Made by a program: the position numbers and the translations under genes. Under the pieces are notes generated by a model, which did not search any database, was not told where the DNA came from, and saw nothing but the letters and a program-made list of their open reading frames with translations. From positions 33,878 to 97,877 of the forward strand of contig VYBO01000022.1 of the NCBI GenBank assembly GCA_009844405.1: a DNA stretch of 64,000 nucleotides. Direction: 5' to 3'. Shown piece by piece: positions 44,920 to 58,262 of this stretch. The first letter of the stretch is position 1; each line of letters opens with the position of its first letter. The DNA is from Acidimicrobiaceae bacterium. GTDB taxonomy: Bacteria > Actinomycetota > Acidimicrobiia > Acidimicrobiales > Aldehydirespiratoraceae.

Positions 44920-45383
44920 TGATTGCTCCTTTGCGATGACGGCGCCGCTTCCGGCACCGATTGCGGCCCGGCACTATAGGGCGAGACCCGCCGCGCCCCG
45001 GGGATGCTCGCGGAATCGGGGCCGCGGGGACTGCGATCGCCGCGCCGGGGCGGAGGGCGTCAGCGGCGGACGATCACCGACGAGCCGTGCCCGAACAGGC
45101 CCTGGTTGACGGTGATGCCCACTCTGGCCCCGCCGCACAGCAGTTCTTGTTGGGGACGCTGGGCGGCGCCGGGTTCGGACGGCGCGTGTGAGCGCCGGAT
45201 CGGCGGTGTCGGGCTGCGCCGTGGCGGCTATGCGCCCGGGCCTTGTGCCCACCTGCGGTGGCGGATGCATCAGATGAATGGTCGCCGCCTTCGGCGAGCA
45301 TGGGCCCGGTCCTGCCTGTAGCCCCGACATTGGGGCCGCCATTCCGCTCGGCCTCCGGGTCCCCGGGATAGATTCGCGTATCG

Positions 45384-48281
<2,898 letters not shown>

Positions 48282-48465
48282 GCCTCCAGGCGCTGGCCGG
48301 CCGGCACCCAGGGAGCCGACCATGCCCGACGCCCAGGCCTTGGAGAAGGCGCATGAGATCGCCGGGGTTCACCGGCACCTGACCCGAACTGGCAGCGATA
48401 CGACCCCTATAGGGGGCAAGACGCTGCCAATTCTTGGGGGTGAGGGCGGTAGGGTGCCTCGCTCG

Positions 48466-49827
48466 ATGCGCCACTTCGACCTGCTGATCATCGGCGCCGG
48501 TTCGGGCAACTCGGTGATTGGCCCCGAGCACGACGACTGGGACATCGCCATCGCCGAGCACGGCCTGTTCGGCGGCACCTGCCTCAACGTCGGGTGCATC
48601 CCGTCCAAGATGTTCGTGTACGCCGCGGAGGTGGCCGAGCTGGCCGCCGACTCCGAGCGCCTCGGCGTGCACACCAGCTTCGACGGCGCCGACTGGCCTG
48701 CGATACGCGACCGGATCTTCGGCCGGATCGACCCCATCGCGGAGGGCGGCCTCGACTACCGCATGGGGCTGCCCAACGTGACCGTGTACGCCGGCACCGC
48801 CCGGTTCACCGGTCCCAGCACGGTGGCGGTGGGAGACGACACCATCACCGCCGACAAGATCGTGGTCGCGGCCGGAGCCCGGCCCGCCGTCCCGGACGTT
48901 CCCGGCCTGGCCGGCCTCGGCTACCACACCTCCGACACGATCATGCGCCTGGACGCCCTCCCCGAACGGCTGGTAGTCCTCGGCGGGGGCTACATCGCGG
49001 CCGAATTGGGCTCCGTCATGGGCGCCTTCGGCTCGCACGTCACGTTCGTGCTGAGAGGCGACACCTTCCTGCGCCGGGAGGACGACGAGATCCGCGAGCG
49101 GTTCACCGCGGCCTACAGCCGCCGCTTCGACGTGCGCCTGAACACACCGGTGCTGGCCGCCCGCCGCGACGGACCCGAAGTAGTGCTGGAAGTGCAGGAC
49201 GGCCACAATGAGCGCACCGAGCTGCGGGCCGACGAACTGCTGGTGGCCACGGGCCGCATACCCAACGGCGACCGGCTCGACGTGGCTGCCGGAGGCATCG
49301 ACACCGACCCGGCCGGCTATGTGGCCACCGACGACCAGTTGAGGACCACCGCCGAGGGCGTGTGGGCGCTGGGCGACGTGACCAACCCGGTGCAGCTCAA
49401 GCACGTCGCCAATCACGAGGCCCGGGTAGTGCGCCACAACCTCTCGCATCCCGATGACCCGGCCCATGTCGACCATCGCTTCATCCCCCACGCCGTATTC
49501 GGCTACCCGCAGGTGGCCAGCGTCGGCCTCACCGAGAGGGAATGCCGGGAGCGCTCACTCCCCTATCGCAGCCATGTGCAGCCCTTCAGCTCGGCCGCCT
49601 ACGGCTGGGCCATGGAGGACACCTCCAGCGCGGTCAAGGTGATCGCCCACGCCGAGACCCGCCGCCTGCTGGGAGCGCACATCATCGGCCCCCAAGCGTC
49701 GACGCTGATCCAGCAGCTCATCCAGGGCATGCACTTCGACCTGACCGTCGACCAGATGGCCCGCCACCAGTACTACATCCACCCCGCCCTGCCAGAAGTA
49801 GTAGAGCAAGCCCTCCTGGAGCTCTAG
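48466..49827 (+). CDS. Pyridine nucleotide-disulfide oxidoreductase, mycothione/glutathione-reductase-like
   Basis: MRHFDLLIIGAGSGNS, redox CxxxxC in GGTCLNVGCIPSK, C-terminal dimerisation domain with HP motif. The start is trimmed from the ORF maximum 48322. Confidence 0.8.
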   Translation: MRHFDLLIIGAGSGNSVIGPEHDDWDIAIAEHGLFGGTCLNVGCIPSKMFVYAAEVAELAADSERLGVHTSFDGADWPAIRDRIFGRIDPIAEGGLDYRMGLPNVTVYAGTARFTGPSTVAVGDDTITADKIVVAAGARPAVPDVPGLAGLGYHTSDTIMRLDALPERLVVLGGGYIAAELGSVMGAFGSHVTFVLRGDTFLRREDDEIRERFTAAYSRRFDVRLNTPVLAARRDGPEVVLEVQDGHNERTELRADELLVATGRIPNGDRLDVAAGGIDTDPAGYVATDDQLRTTAEGVWALGDVTNPVQLKHVANHEARVVRHNLSHPDDPAHVDHRFIPHAVFGYPQVASVGLTERECRERSLPYRSHVQPFSSAAYGWAMEDTSSAVKVIAHAETRRLLGAHIIGPQASTLIQQLIQGMHFDLTVDQMARHQYYIHPALPEVVEQALLEL

Positions 49828-49863
49828 AACGGGCTGCGGCAGGGCGGTCCGTATGCTGAATGC

Positions 49864-50970
49864 ATGGCCAGCAAGTTCGGCGCCCTCTTCCGGGTCACCA
49901 CTTTCGGCGAGTCGCACGGCGGCGGCGTCGGTGTGGTGGTCGACGGCTGCCCGCCCAGGCTGGCCCTCGACCCCGCGGACATTCAGGCCGACCTCGACCG
50001 GCGCCGCCCGGGCCAGAGCCGGCTCGTCACCCAGCGCGCCGAGTCCGACACCGCCGAGGTCCTGTCGGGCACTTTCGGCGGATACACGACCGGGACCCCG
50101 ATCGCGATCCTGGTGCGCAACTCCGACGCCCGCCCGGAGGCCTACGAGCATCTACGCGACGTGTACCGGCCCTCCCACGCCGACTTCACCTACGACGCCA
50201 AGTACGGCTTCCGCGATTGGACCGGCGGGGGCCGGGCCTCGGCCCGCGAGACCGTGGGCCGGGTCGCGGCAGCGGCCATCGCCCGCAAGCTGCTGCACAC
50301 CGCGGCCGGCATCGAGGTACTGGGATGGGTGCAGTCGGTAAGCGACATCGAAGCGGCCACCGATCCGACCGCAGTCACCCTCCAGGACGTGGAGGCCGGA
50401 CCCACCCGCTGCCCCGCCCCGGACGCCGCGGCCCGCATGATCGAGGCCATCGAAGCGGCCCGGCGCGACGGCGACTCTCTGGGCGGCGTGGTCGAATGCG
50501 TCTGCCGGGGCGTGCCCGCCGGATTGGGCGAGCCGGTCTTCGACAAACTGGAGGCCTCGCTGGCCGGGGCCATGCTGTCGCTGCCGGCGGCCAAGGGCTT
50601 CGAGATCGGCAGCGGCTTCAGCGGCACCCGCCTCACCGGCCTGTCTCACAACGACCCGTTCAGGACGGACCCCTCCGACGGGATCCGCACCGTGTCGAAC
50701 CGCTCCGGCGGTGTGCAGGGCGGCATCTCCAACGGAGAGGACATCGTGGTGAGGGTGGCGTTCAAGCCCACCTCCACCATCGCCTCCGAGCAGCAGACCG
50801 TCACCCGCGAGGGCGAGGCCACGACCCTGGCCGCCCGCGGCCGCCACGACCCGTGCGTACTGCCCCGCGCCGTACCAATGGTCGAGTCCATGGCCCTGCT
50901 GGTGCTGGCCGACCACTGGCTCCGCCAGCAAGCAGTGGACGTACTCGATCCCCTGCCCGAACGTCCCTGA
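49864..50970 (+). CDS. aroC: Chorismate synthase
   Basis: [30 protein letters not shown]. Confidence 0.95.
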   Translation: MASKFGALFRVTTFGESHGGGVGVVVDGCPPRLALDPADIQADLDRRRPGQSRLVTQRAESDTAEVLSGTFGGYTTGTPIAILVRNSDARPEAYEHLRDVYRPSHADFTYDAKYGFRDWTGGGRASARETVGRVAAAAIARKLLHTAAGIEVLGWVQSVSDIEAATDPTAVTLQDVEAGPTRCPAPDAAARMIEAIEAARRDGDSLGGVVECVCRGVPAGLGEPVFDKLEASLAGAMLSLPAAKGFEIGSGFSGTRLTGLSHNDPFRTDPSDGIRTVSNRSGGVQGGISNGEDIVVRVAFKPTSTIASEQQTVTREGEATTLAARGRHDPCVLPRAVPMVESMALLVLADHWLRQQAVDVLDPLPERP

Positions 50971-50984
50971 GCGTCGCCCCAGCA

Positions 50985-51031
50985 TTCTGTGAGCAACCAA
51001 GCCGCCCTGAGCGGCATATCTGCTCACAGAA
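50985..51031. terminator. 11-bp perfect inverted repeat TTCTGTGAGCA-N25-TGCTCACAGAA between convergent aroC and gcvT
   Basis: Arms at 50985-50995 and 51021-51031 are exact complements. They sit between two stop codons (50970 and 51039). Confidence 0.5.
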
Positions 51032-51038
51032 CGAGCGG

Positions 51039-52115
51039 TCAGCGGTGGAAGGGCGGCTTGACCACCGTGGCAGGAAGATCGCGGCCGCGTACGTCGATGG
51101 TGACCTTGTCGCCGATTGCTATATCCGGAGCCAGGAACGCCAGCGCGATGCCCTGGCCCAGTACTGGCGAGAAGTTGCCGCTGGTGACTACTCCGACCTC
51201 GTCGTCGCCTCGCCGGACCGCGCAGCCGTCCCGTGGCGGTCTGCCCTTGTCTGCCAACAGGCCTAGGAGTCGCCGCCACGGCCCGGCATCGCGCTCGGCC
51301 TCCAGCGCGGCCCGGCCCCTGAAATCGCCCTTGTCCCAGCGCACGACCCAGCCCAGCCCGGCCTGCAGAGGGGTGATGCCTGGACCCAGCTCGTGGCCGT
51401 GCAGGGGCAGCCCCGCCTCGAGGCGCAGGGTGTCGCGGGCCCCCAGGCCGGCCGGCGAGACGCCCGCGTCCACCAGGCGCTGCCACACCGCCGGGGCGTC
51501 GTCGACCCCGACCGCCATCTCGACGCCGTCCTCTCCGGTGTAGCCGGTGCCGGCCACCGTGACCGGGATCTCGCCGAAACGGGCGGTCGCGACCTTGAAT
51601 CTCCCGATCGAGGCGACCTCCTCCCCGCCGGCGGCTGCGAGCCGGGCTCGGGCCTCGGGACCCTGGACGGCGATCACCGCCCGGTCCGCGGTGACGTCCG
51701 CGATGTCCAGGCCGTCCGACCGCTCGCTCAGGGCGCCGACAACCCGGCCGGTGTTGGAGGCGTTCGGCATCACGTCGAAGAGGTCGGGGCCGACCCACCA
51801 CACGATGATGTCGTCGAGCACGGAGGCGTCGGAGGCATCCAGCAGGTGTGTGTACTGGGCTGATCCCACCCCGACGCGGTCCAGATCGTTGGTCAGCGCC
51901 CACTGCAGGCTGCGGTGGGCGGCTTCGCCCTGCACCCGGACCGTCCCCAGGTGGGACACGTCGAACATGGCGGCGCGCGAGCGGCAGGCCATGTGCTCGG
52001 CCACCGTGCCGCTGGAGTACTGAAGCGGCATGTTCCAGCCACCGAAGGGCACCAGCTTGGCGCCGGCCTGCTCATGCACGTCGCGCAGAGGCGACTGTCT
52101 CAACTCGTCAGCCAT
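51039..52115 (-). CDS. gcvT: Glycine cleavage system aminomethyltransferase T
   Basis: 358 aa; SPLRDVHEQAGAKLVPFGGWNMPLQY, FDVSHLG. Confidence 0.95.
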   Translation of the reverse strand: MADELRQSPLRDVHEQAGAKLVPFGGWNMPLQYSSGTVAEHMACRSRAAMFDVSHLGTVRVQGEAAHRSLQWALTNDLDRVGVGSAQYTHLLDASDASVLDDIIVWWVGPDLFDVMPNASNTGRVVGALSERSDGLDIADVTADRAVIAVQGPEARARLAAAGGEEVASIGRFKVATARFGEIPVTVAGTGYTGEDGVEMAVGVDDAPAVWQRLVDAGVSPAGLGARDTLRLEAGLPLHGHELGPGITPLQAGLGWVVRWDKGDFRGRAALEAERDAGPWRRLLGLLADKGRPPRDGCAVRRGDDEVGVVTSGNFSPVLGQGIALAFLAPDIAIGDKVTIDVRGRDLPATVVKPPFHR

Positions 52116-52127
52116 CTAGATGAGGTC

Positions 52128-52196
52128 CAGTCATGTCCGCTCCTGTTCGCTGCGACCGGGGGGCCGCTCGGGCCACGGCCTCTCAAGCTCGGCCTC
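52128..52196 (-). mobile_element. MITE/REP-like element, copy E (short form; left boundary approximate)
   Basis: GTCCGCTCCTGTTCGCTGCGACCGGGGGGCCGCTCGGGCCACGGCCTCTCAAGCTCGGCCTC. Its terminus overlaps the stop codon of the 52195..52551 gene. Confidence 0.55.
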
Positions 52197-52551
52197 AGGC
52201 CGCGACCGGGAGGCCGTACTTGCGGCCGATCCACTCCATGTCTCGACGGTTCAGGAGCTTGACCCGAACGTCGGGATGAGTCTCAGCCAGGAGCCTCAGT
52301 TTCTGCTTCTTGCGGTTGACCAGCCGCTGACGCAACGTCGTGAGCTCCACGTACATGTCGAAGTCGGGCAGGTAGAAGTCGGGGGTGAATCCGCACGCCG
52401 TGTTGCCGTCGGAATCCCGTTCGAGCACGAACATGCGGGGTTCGTACTCCCAACGGATCCCATAGGAGTCGAGCAGGCTGGCGAAGGCCTGCTCGGAGGG
52501 ATGGGCGAACGTCATCAGGTCAGGACCCGCCGATCGCCGTCCGGAACTCAT
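52195..52551 (-). CDS. Conserved hypothetical protein (118 aa)
   Basis: Good coding look (FASLLDSYGIRWEYEPRMFVLERDSDGN...FTPDFYLPDFDMYVELT). Its position after the MerR gene matches the actinobacterial gcv neighbourhood. Function unknown. Confidence 0.6.
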   Translation of the reverse strand: MSSGRRSAGPDLMTFAHPSEQAFASLLDSYGIRWEYEPRMFVLERDSDGNTACGFTPDFYLPDFDMYVELTTLRQRLVNRKKQKLRLLAETHPDVRVKLLNRRDMEWIGRKYGLPVAA

Positions 52552-53035
52552 CGGTGGCCTCGTCCACCTCGTCTGCGGTCTCGTCGTCGGCGTCGTCGGC
52601 GGAGGGCCGCAACTCGATGATGGCTACGTCCACCTCCTGCTTCACGTTCGACAGCGGCAGGACGTTGAGCACGCCCTGGCCTCTCTGCAGCACGTCGACG
52701 AACTCGGCCTCGCTGCGGGCGCACACGACGTTGGAGCCGTCGATCACGAGGTTGGCCCGCGAGACGTCCTCCCGCAGCTCGCTGCGCATGTACTCGAAGA
52801 TCGACCGGACCTTCTCCAGCTTGATCCCCGAGTCGAGCAGCCGCTTGATGACCTTCAGCTCCAGCAGGTTGGCGTAGCTGTACAGGCGGCGGCTCCCGCT
52901 GCCAGCGGCCCGGGCCACCGACGGCACGACCAGGTCGGTGCGGGCCCAGTAGTCGAGCTGGCGGTAGGTGATGCCGACAACGTCGGCGGCGAGCTTCGCG
53001 CTGTACCCCTGGACGGTGTGCTCCGTTGAGTCCAC
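52520..53035 (-). CDS. MerR-family transcriptional regulator
   Basis: YSAKLAADVVGITYRQLDYWARTDLVVPS is a MerR HTH. Confidence 0.85.
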   Translation of the reverse strand: MDSTEHTVQGYSAKLAADVVGITYRQLDYWARTDLVVPSVARAAGSGSRRLYSYANLLELKVIKRLLDSGIKLEKVRSIFEYMRSELREDVSRANLVIDGSNVVCARSEAEFVDVLQRGQGVLNVLPLSNVKQEVDVAIIELRPSADDADDETADEVDEATDEFRTAIGGS

Positions 53036-53243
53036 TAGCCGCTCCTTGCTTGTCGCTGGTGGCCGCCGCGGACGACGATCACGATGGCCGGTCGCTACGA
53101 CCGGTGCAATGACAACCCCGAAACTACGACGCTGTCACCTGTGGAGACTCTAAGGCTCCGAGGGGCGCGCGTCAACCACCGGGCACCGAACGCCACTCAT
53201 GGCAGACCGAGTTGCGGTCGTCGGCGCGTGCCGATCCGGTGCG

Positions 53244-53744
53244 CTAGTGGCTGCCGAAGTCCTCGGGCGAGACGGAGTCGATGAACTCCTTGAACTGCTC
53301 CACGACCTCTTCGGCCTGCTCCTGCCCCGCCACCGCGACGCCGTCGGTGGTGTAGCCCGCCTCCTGTATCACCGCCTCCTCAGCGAAGATCGGCGTGCCG
53401 GTGCGGGCCGCCAGCGCGATTGCGTCCGAGGGGCGGCTCGACAGCACGAAGCGGCCGCCGTCGCGCAGCAGGTGCAGCTCCGCGTAGAACGTCTTGTCCC
53501 GCAACTCGGTGACTACGACACGCTCGAGGTCGGCTGACAGCTCGTCGAGCACGTTGCGGAGCAGGTCGTGGGTCATGGGCCTGGGAGTCGTGACCCCGTC
53601 GAGGGCGATGGCAATGGCCGTCGCCTCGGGAGCCCCGATGAAGATGGGGAGCAGCCGAGCCGAATCCGACATCTCGCGCAGCAGCACTATCGGCGTGTTG
53701 GAGGGCAGTTCCACCCTCACACCGATCAGCTCCATCTGCTGCAC
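53244..53744 (-). CDS. Bifunctional nuclease family protein (DUF151)
   Basis: MELIGVRVELPSNTPIVLLRE...LLPIFIGAPEATAIAIALDGVTTPRPMTHDLL is the canonical DUF151 pattern. Confidence 0.85.
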   Translation of the reverse strand: MQQMELIGVRVELPSNTPIVLLREMSDSARLLPIFIGAPEATAIAIALDGVTTPRPMTHDLLRNVLDELSADLERVVVTELRDKTFYAELHLLRDGGRFVLSSRPSDAIALAARTGTPIFAEEAVIQEAGYTTDGVAVAGQEQAEEVVEQFKEFIDSVSPEDFGSH

Positions 53745-53753
53745 GGCGGCATC

Positions 53754-54335
53754 CTAGCCGGGGGGTGCCTTGGTGGATGATCCGTAGAAGACCGGGACGT
53801 AGGCGTCGGGGTCGTCGGCCAGCAACTCCATGTTGGCTGCGGCGACGAGACGCAAGTTGCGGTAGCGGCCCTCATGGTCGAGCCCGAAGCCGATCACGAA
53901 CGCGTCGGAGACCTCAGCTCCCGCGAAGTCGATTTCCACGGGCACCACCCGCCGGATCCGCCGGTCCAGCAGCGTGCACACGGCCACCGAGCGAGGCCGG
54001 CGGCGCTGGAGCTCGGAACGCAGGAAGGCGGTGCTGAGACCGGTGTCGACGATGTCCTCGACGATCACCGCGTCGCGGCCGACGATGTCGAGGTCGAGAT
54101 CCTTGAGCAGGCGGACACGGCCGGAGCCGGGGGTGTAGGGCGTGATGGCCATGAAGTCAACGCTCACGGGGGCGGTCATGGCCCTGGCGAGGTCGGCCAG
54201 GAACGGCACGCTGCCCCGGAGCACGCCGATGAGCACAACACCGTCGGGATAGCGGGCCGACATCTCCGCGGCCAGGCGAGCGACGATCGCGTCGATCTGC
54301 TCGGCGGTCAGCAGCACGCGCGGCTCGGCCGGCAT
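53754..54335 (-). CDS. hpt: Hypoxanthine-guanine phosphoribosyltransferase
   Basis: VLRGSVPFLADL, PRPP-binding loop AVIVEDIVDTGLS. The start is set at MPAEPRV; the ORF extension to 54449 is repeat DNA. Confidence 0.9.
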   Translation of the reverse strand: MPAEPRVLLTAEQIDAIVARLAAEMSARYPDGVVLIGVLRGSVPFLADLARAMTAPVSVDFMAITPYTPGSGRVRLLKDLDLDIVGRDAVIVEDIVDTGLSTAFLRSELQRRRPRSVAVCTLLDRRIRRVVPVEIDFAGAEVSDAFVIGFGLDHEGRYRNLRLVAAANMELLADDPDAYVPVFYGSSTKAPPG

Positions 54336-54375
54336 CGAGGGGTCGGAGGGCACCGTGGTCAGTGCGATCGCCGAC

Positions 54376-54504
54376 GAGTGCGAGCCGGTCGCGGCGCAGC
54401 GATGTCTCTCCCGCTCTTGTTCGCTGCGCTCACGGGCCGCTCGGGCCACGGCCTCGCTCGGCTCCCTGCGATACTCATGAGTCGCTCCGTGCCCGCTCGG
54501 CCTC
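54376..54504 (-). mobile_element. MITE/REP-like element, copy F (long form)
   Basis: GAGTGCGAGCC ... core CCCGCTCTTGTTCGCTGCGCTCACGGGCCGCTCGGGCCACGGCCTCGC ... GCCCGCTCGGCCTC. It overlaps the last 9 codons and the stop of the MerR gene 54475..55266. Confidence 0.65.
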
Positions 54505-55266
54505 TGGGTCCAGGTGGGCGCGGAGCGTGCGTTGCAGCAGCAGCCGCCGCAGTTGTTCGGTCAGCTCGACGATCTCGGCCAGCTCGGCGCGCAGGCGGTC
54601 CCTCTCGCCCCGTGCGATCAGCGGTCCCAGCAGTTGCTCGTAGACGCCGGCCTCGCGGTCGGCGGCCACCTTGAACATCCGCAGATTCCGGGCTGGTATG
54701 CCGTGGTCGGCGAGAGCCGTCGCCGTCCGCGCCGCCAGAAGCGCATCATGGTCGAACACTGGTTCCGCTTCGCCGTCGCCGTCGGCGCGCTCCGCGACCG
54801 GGACGATGACGCCGAGTCGCTGGAGTTCGGCTATGTGCGCTGCGTCTATGCCGACGGCCCGGGCCAGACCGTCCGCGGTGAGGCCGACCGATCCGTCCGG
54901 CGCGGCTCTGGCCGCCGCTGCCGCGTCAGCGTCGGCACCGGCGCGCGAGCGGGCGGTGAACAGCGACGGCGTCGCGGCGATGGCCTCGGCACCGGCGCCG
55001 GCGCGCGGCGCGGCTCTGGCCGCCGCGCCCGAAGCCAGCCGGCGTTTGATCTCCTTGAGGGGCAGGAAGTGGTCGCGCTGCTGGATCAGCACCCAGTTGA
55101 GCCGCTCGATGTCGGCCTCGAAGAACTTCCGGTAGCCCGACGGGGTCCGCTGCGGGGCGATCAGGCCCTGGCTCTCCAGGAACCGGATCTTGGATATCGT
55201 CAGGTCCGGGTGCTCGTCTGCGAGCAGCGAGAGCACCTCGCCGATGGACCGGTGGGCGCGGCTCAC
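54475..55266 (-). CDS. MerR-family regulator (actinobacterial FtsR/Rv1828-like)
   Basis: SIGEVLSLLADEHPDLTISKIRFLESQGLIAPQRTPSGYRKF; second MerR-like repeat in the C-terminal half. Confidence 0.85.
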   Translation of the reverse strand: MSRAHRSIGEVLSLLADEHPDLTISKIRFLESQGLIAPQRTPSGYRKFFEADIERLNWVLIQQRDHFLPLKEIKRRLASGAAARAAPRAGAGAEAIAATPSLFTARSRAGADADAAAAARAAPDGSVGLTADGLARAVGIDAAHIAELQRLGVIVPVAERADGDGEAEPVFDHDALLAARTATALADHGIPARNLRMFKVAADREAGVYEQLLGPLIARGERDRLRAELAEIVELTEQLRRLLLQRTLRAHLDPEAERARSDS

Positions 55267-55727
55267 TGGGGCGACGTCCCGTGCACGAACACGAGCTTGA
55301 ACTTCCCGACCTGCACTTCGTCGCCCTCGTTGAGCTCGCCTTCATCGACGAGTCGGCGGTTGACGTAGGTGCCGTTCAGCGAGCCCACGTCGCGGATCGA
55401 GTACCGGGCCCCGTCCCGGGCCACTTCGGCATGGCGGCGCGACACCGTGATGTCGTCGAGGAAGATGTCGCTGTCGGGGTCGCGCCCCAACGACACCACG
55501 TCGGAGTCGAGGGCGTAGCGGGCGCCGGCCTTGGGACCCTGGTTGACCACGAAGAGGCCTTGATGGCATCCGAAAGCCGACCGGTCCACGTGCACCGTTC
55601 CCGGAGTAGCATCGGGCTCCACGGCCCGGTGCTCGGTGGTGGCGTCCTCGGGCTCCAGCCGCTCGGTGCCGGACACGTCGGCGTCTTCTCGGCGTCTGCC
55701 GTCGCCCGGGCCCGGCGTGGACGCCAC
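55263..55727 (-). CDS. garA: FHA-domain regulator GarA/OdhI-like
   Basis: SLGRDPDSDIFLDDITVSRRHAEV...SLNGTYVNR FHA core; located between gcvH and the MerR gene. Confidence 0.9.
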   Translation of the reverse strand: MASTPGPGDGRRREDADVSGTERLEPEDATTEHRAVEPDATPGTVHVDRSAFGCHQGLFVVNQGPKAGARYALDSDVVSLGRDPDSDIFLDDITVSRRHAEVARDGARYSIRDVGSLNGTYVNRRLVDEGELNEGDEVQVGKFKLVFVHGTSPQ

Positions 55728-55731
55728 TTCC

Positions 55732-56112
55732 CTACCCCGCTGTCAGATCCCTGTAGCCGTCGGCGTCGAGCAGGCTGTCGAACTCGGCGGCGTCATCGAA
55801 CGCGATCGTGCAGATCCAACCGTCTCCGTAGGGGTCCTCGTTGAGCCGCTGCGGAGCGCCGGCCAGATCGTCGTTGACTTCGCTCACCACCCCGCTCACC
55901 GGGGCGAACAGCTCCGACACCGACTTGGTCGACTCGACCTCCCCGAACGGTTCGCCCTGGTCGACCCGGTCCCCCGCCTGGGGCAGTTCCACGTAGACGA
56001 CGTCGCCGAGGGCGTCCTGCGCATAGTCGGTTATTCCGATGCGAGCGACGTCCCCGTCGACTGCCGCCCACTCGTGGTCGGTCGAGTAGCGCAAGTCCTC
56101 AGGAATGTTCAT
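55732..56112 (-). CDS. gcvH: Glycine cleavage system H protein
   Basis: 126 aa; lipoyl-Lys motif [12 protein letters not shown]. Confidence 0.95.
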   Translation of the reverse strand: MNIPEDLRYSTDHEWAAVDGDVARIGITDYAQDALGDVVYVELPQAGDRVDQGEPFGEVESTKSVSELFAPVSGVVSEVNDDLAGAPQRLNEDPYGDGWICTIAFDDAAEFDSLLDADGYRDLTAG

Positions 56113-56153
56113 GCCCCGAAGCTACCCCATACAGGCGACGAACTCGCGACCGG

Positions 56154-56243
56154 CCTGGGCTCGAGCGGCCCGTGAGCGGAGCGAACAGGAGCGGGAGACC
56201 TGGGCTCGAGCGGCCCGTGAGCGGAGCGAACAGGAGCGGGAGA
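56154..56243 (+). repeat. Perfect 45-bp tandem duplication of the MITE core (copy G)
   Basis: CCTGGGCTCGAGCGGCCCGTGAGCGGAGCGAACAGGAGCGGGAGA at 56154-56198 and 56199-56243. Confidence 0.9.
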
Positions 56244-56347
56244 CACGCAGCGGCGGGCGCCGATACGGGTGCTTTCCCGTCGCCGGGCAGGCCCGGTTGG
56301 TGTTATCGTGCTGTTGCAAGCGTTTACGAGGTTTCGGGAGAGGTCCG

Positions 56348-57532
<1,185 letters not shown>

Positions 57533-57597
57533 CCAGTCGTCCAACACTCGGCGCTTCGGGTCAGGGAGCCGCCAGGGCTACAGTTCCCATTGGGCGT

Positions 57598-57930
57598 GTG
57601 GATGGCGCACACAGAGAGTCGGATCTGCTTGACGGTGATCCTGGCGGCGGACCTGTCGAGCGAGACCCGTGCGCCTGTTGGGACGGGAGGACCTTCGACA
57701 CCGACATCGAAGAGGCGTTCGCCCAGCCGGACACCGCAGGTGGCGACACCGCCACTAGCGTCGACTGGCAGACCGTGGGCATATCCGGCCCGCTCACCGA
57801 AATCTCGTGCTTCCTCGGAGGCAGCGTCGAAGCCGACGACCGCCGGGCCTGGGAGCGAGACCCGCTATCGGATTGCCGCCGCTGGTTCGCCGATGCCGGG
57901 CAGGCAGCCAGCCTGGACCGTTGCCGGCGC
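57598..57930 (+). CDS. Hypothetical acidic protein; C-terminus unclear
   Basis: High-GC3 frame with plausible composition (CWDGRTFDTDIEEAFAQP...VDWQTVGISGPLTEISCFLGGSVEADD). The antisense frame shares the wobble position but is Ser/Pro/Arg junk. No in-frame stop until 58257. Confidence 0.3.
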
Positions 57931-58035
57931 CAGTCACACGTCCATGCGGACGATGAAGTCGGCCACCCAGACGGTGCAGATCGGCACCGAGTCGGAGGGC
58001 GCCAGTCACACTCCATGCGGACGATGAAGTCGGCC
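57926..58035. repeat. 38/39-bp direct repeat at 72-bp period
   Basis: GGCGCCAGTCACACGTCCATGCGGACGATGAAGTCGGCC (57926-57964) and the same minus one G (57998-58035). Confidence 0.9.
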
Positions 58036-58135
58036 CGGTCGCGAGTCGTCTTGATCAGCTGGGCGTTTCGCTCGTCGGCGTTGCGGACGAAACGCTCTGC
58101 CTCGGTCCGGGTCTTGCCGTGTCGCACATGGTCCG
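57935..58135 (-). pseudogene. C-terminal fragment of a P-loop nucleoside/nucleotide kinase-like gene, with duplicated 3' end
   Basis: RHGKTRTEAERFVRNADERNAQLIKTTRDRADFIVRM resembles the C-terminus of Udk/PRK-type kinases. No P-loop-bearing N-terminus lies upstream. The downstream repeat copy reads ADFIVRMDV-stop. Confidence 0.4.
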
Positions 58136-58174
58136 ACCGGGATCGGACCCGCCACCGGCTCTTCGACGCCGCGA

Positions 58175-58262
58175 TCAAGCGTCGGCGCATACATGACGGT
58201 GTCGCCGGCCGCTCACGGTGGCATACGACACTCCCGCCGCCATCGCGATTTCGCTGATCGTT
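58175..58262 (-). pseudogene. LacI-family HTH fragment
   Basis: RTTISEIAMAAGVSYATVSG matches the LacI/GalR N-terminal HTH, then runs into a stop after 10 more codons. No ligand-binding domain follows. Confidence 0.45.

Noticed and set aside
45060-45150. A minus-strand reading ...ELLCGGARVGITVNQGLFGHGSSVIVRR-stop that resembles the C-terminus of thiolase-fold condensing enzymes (compare FabH ...GAIVVMTGFGAGMTWASTVVRW), i.e. a possible relic gene in the long hup-gcvP spacer.
   Set aside because: Only about 25 residues show resemblance, there is no start codon, and no upstream similarity exists. This is too short to call without a database search.
44920-45383. A glycine riboswitch upstream of gcvP. 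The regions upstream of gcvT (52116-52194) and gcvH (56113-56347) were also checked.
   Set aside because: I looked for the conserved GGAGAG and ACCGAAGGGGCAA-type cores on the sense strands and found none. The conserved sequence upstream of gcvT and gcvH is the MITE core, in inconsistent orientation. A covariance-model scan (Rfam RF00504) would be decisive.
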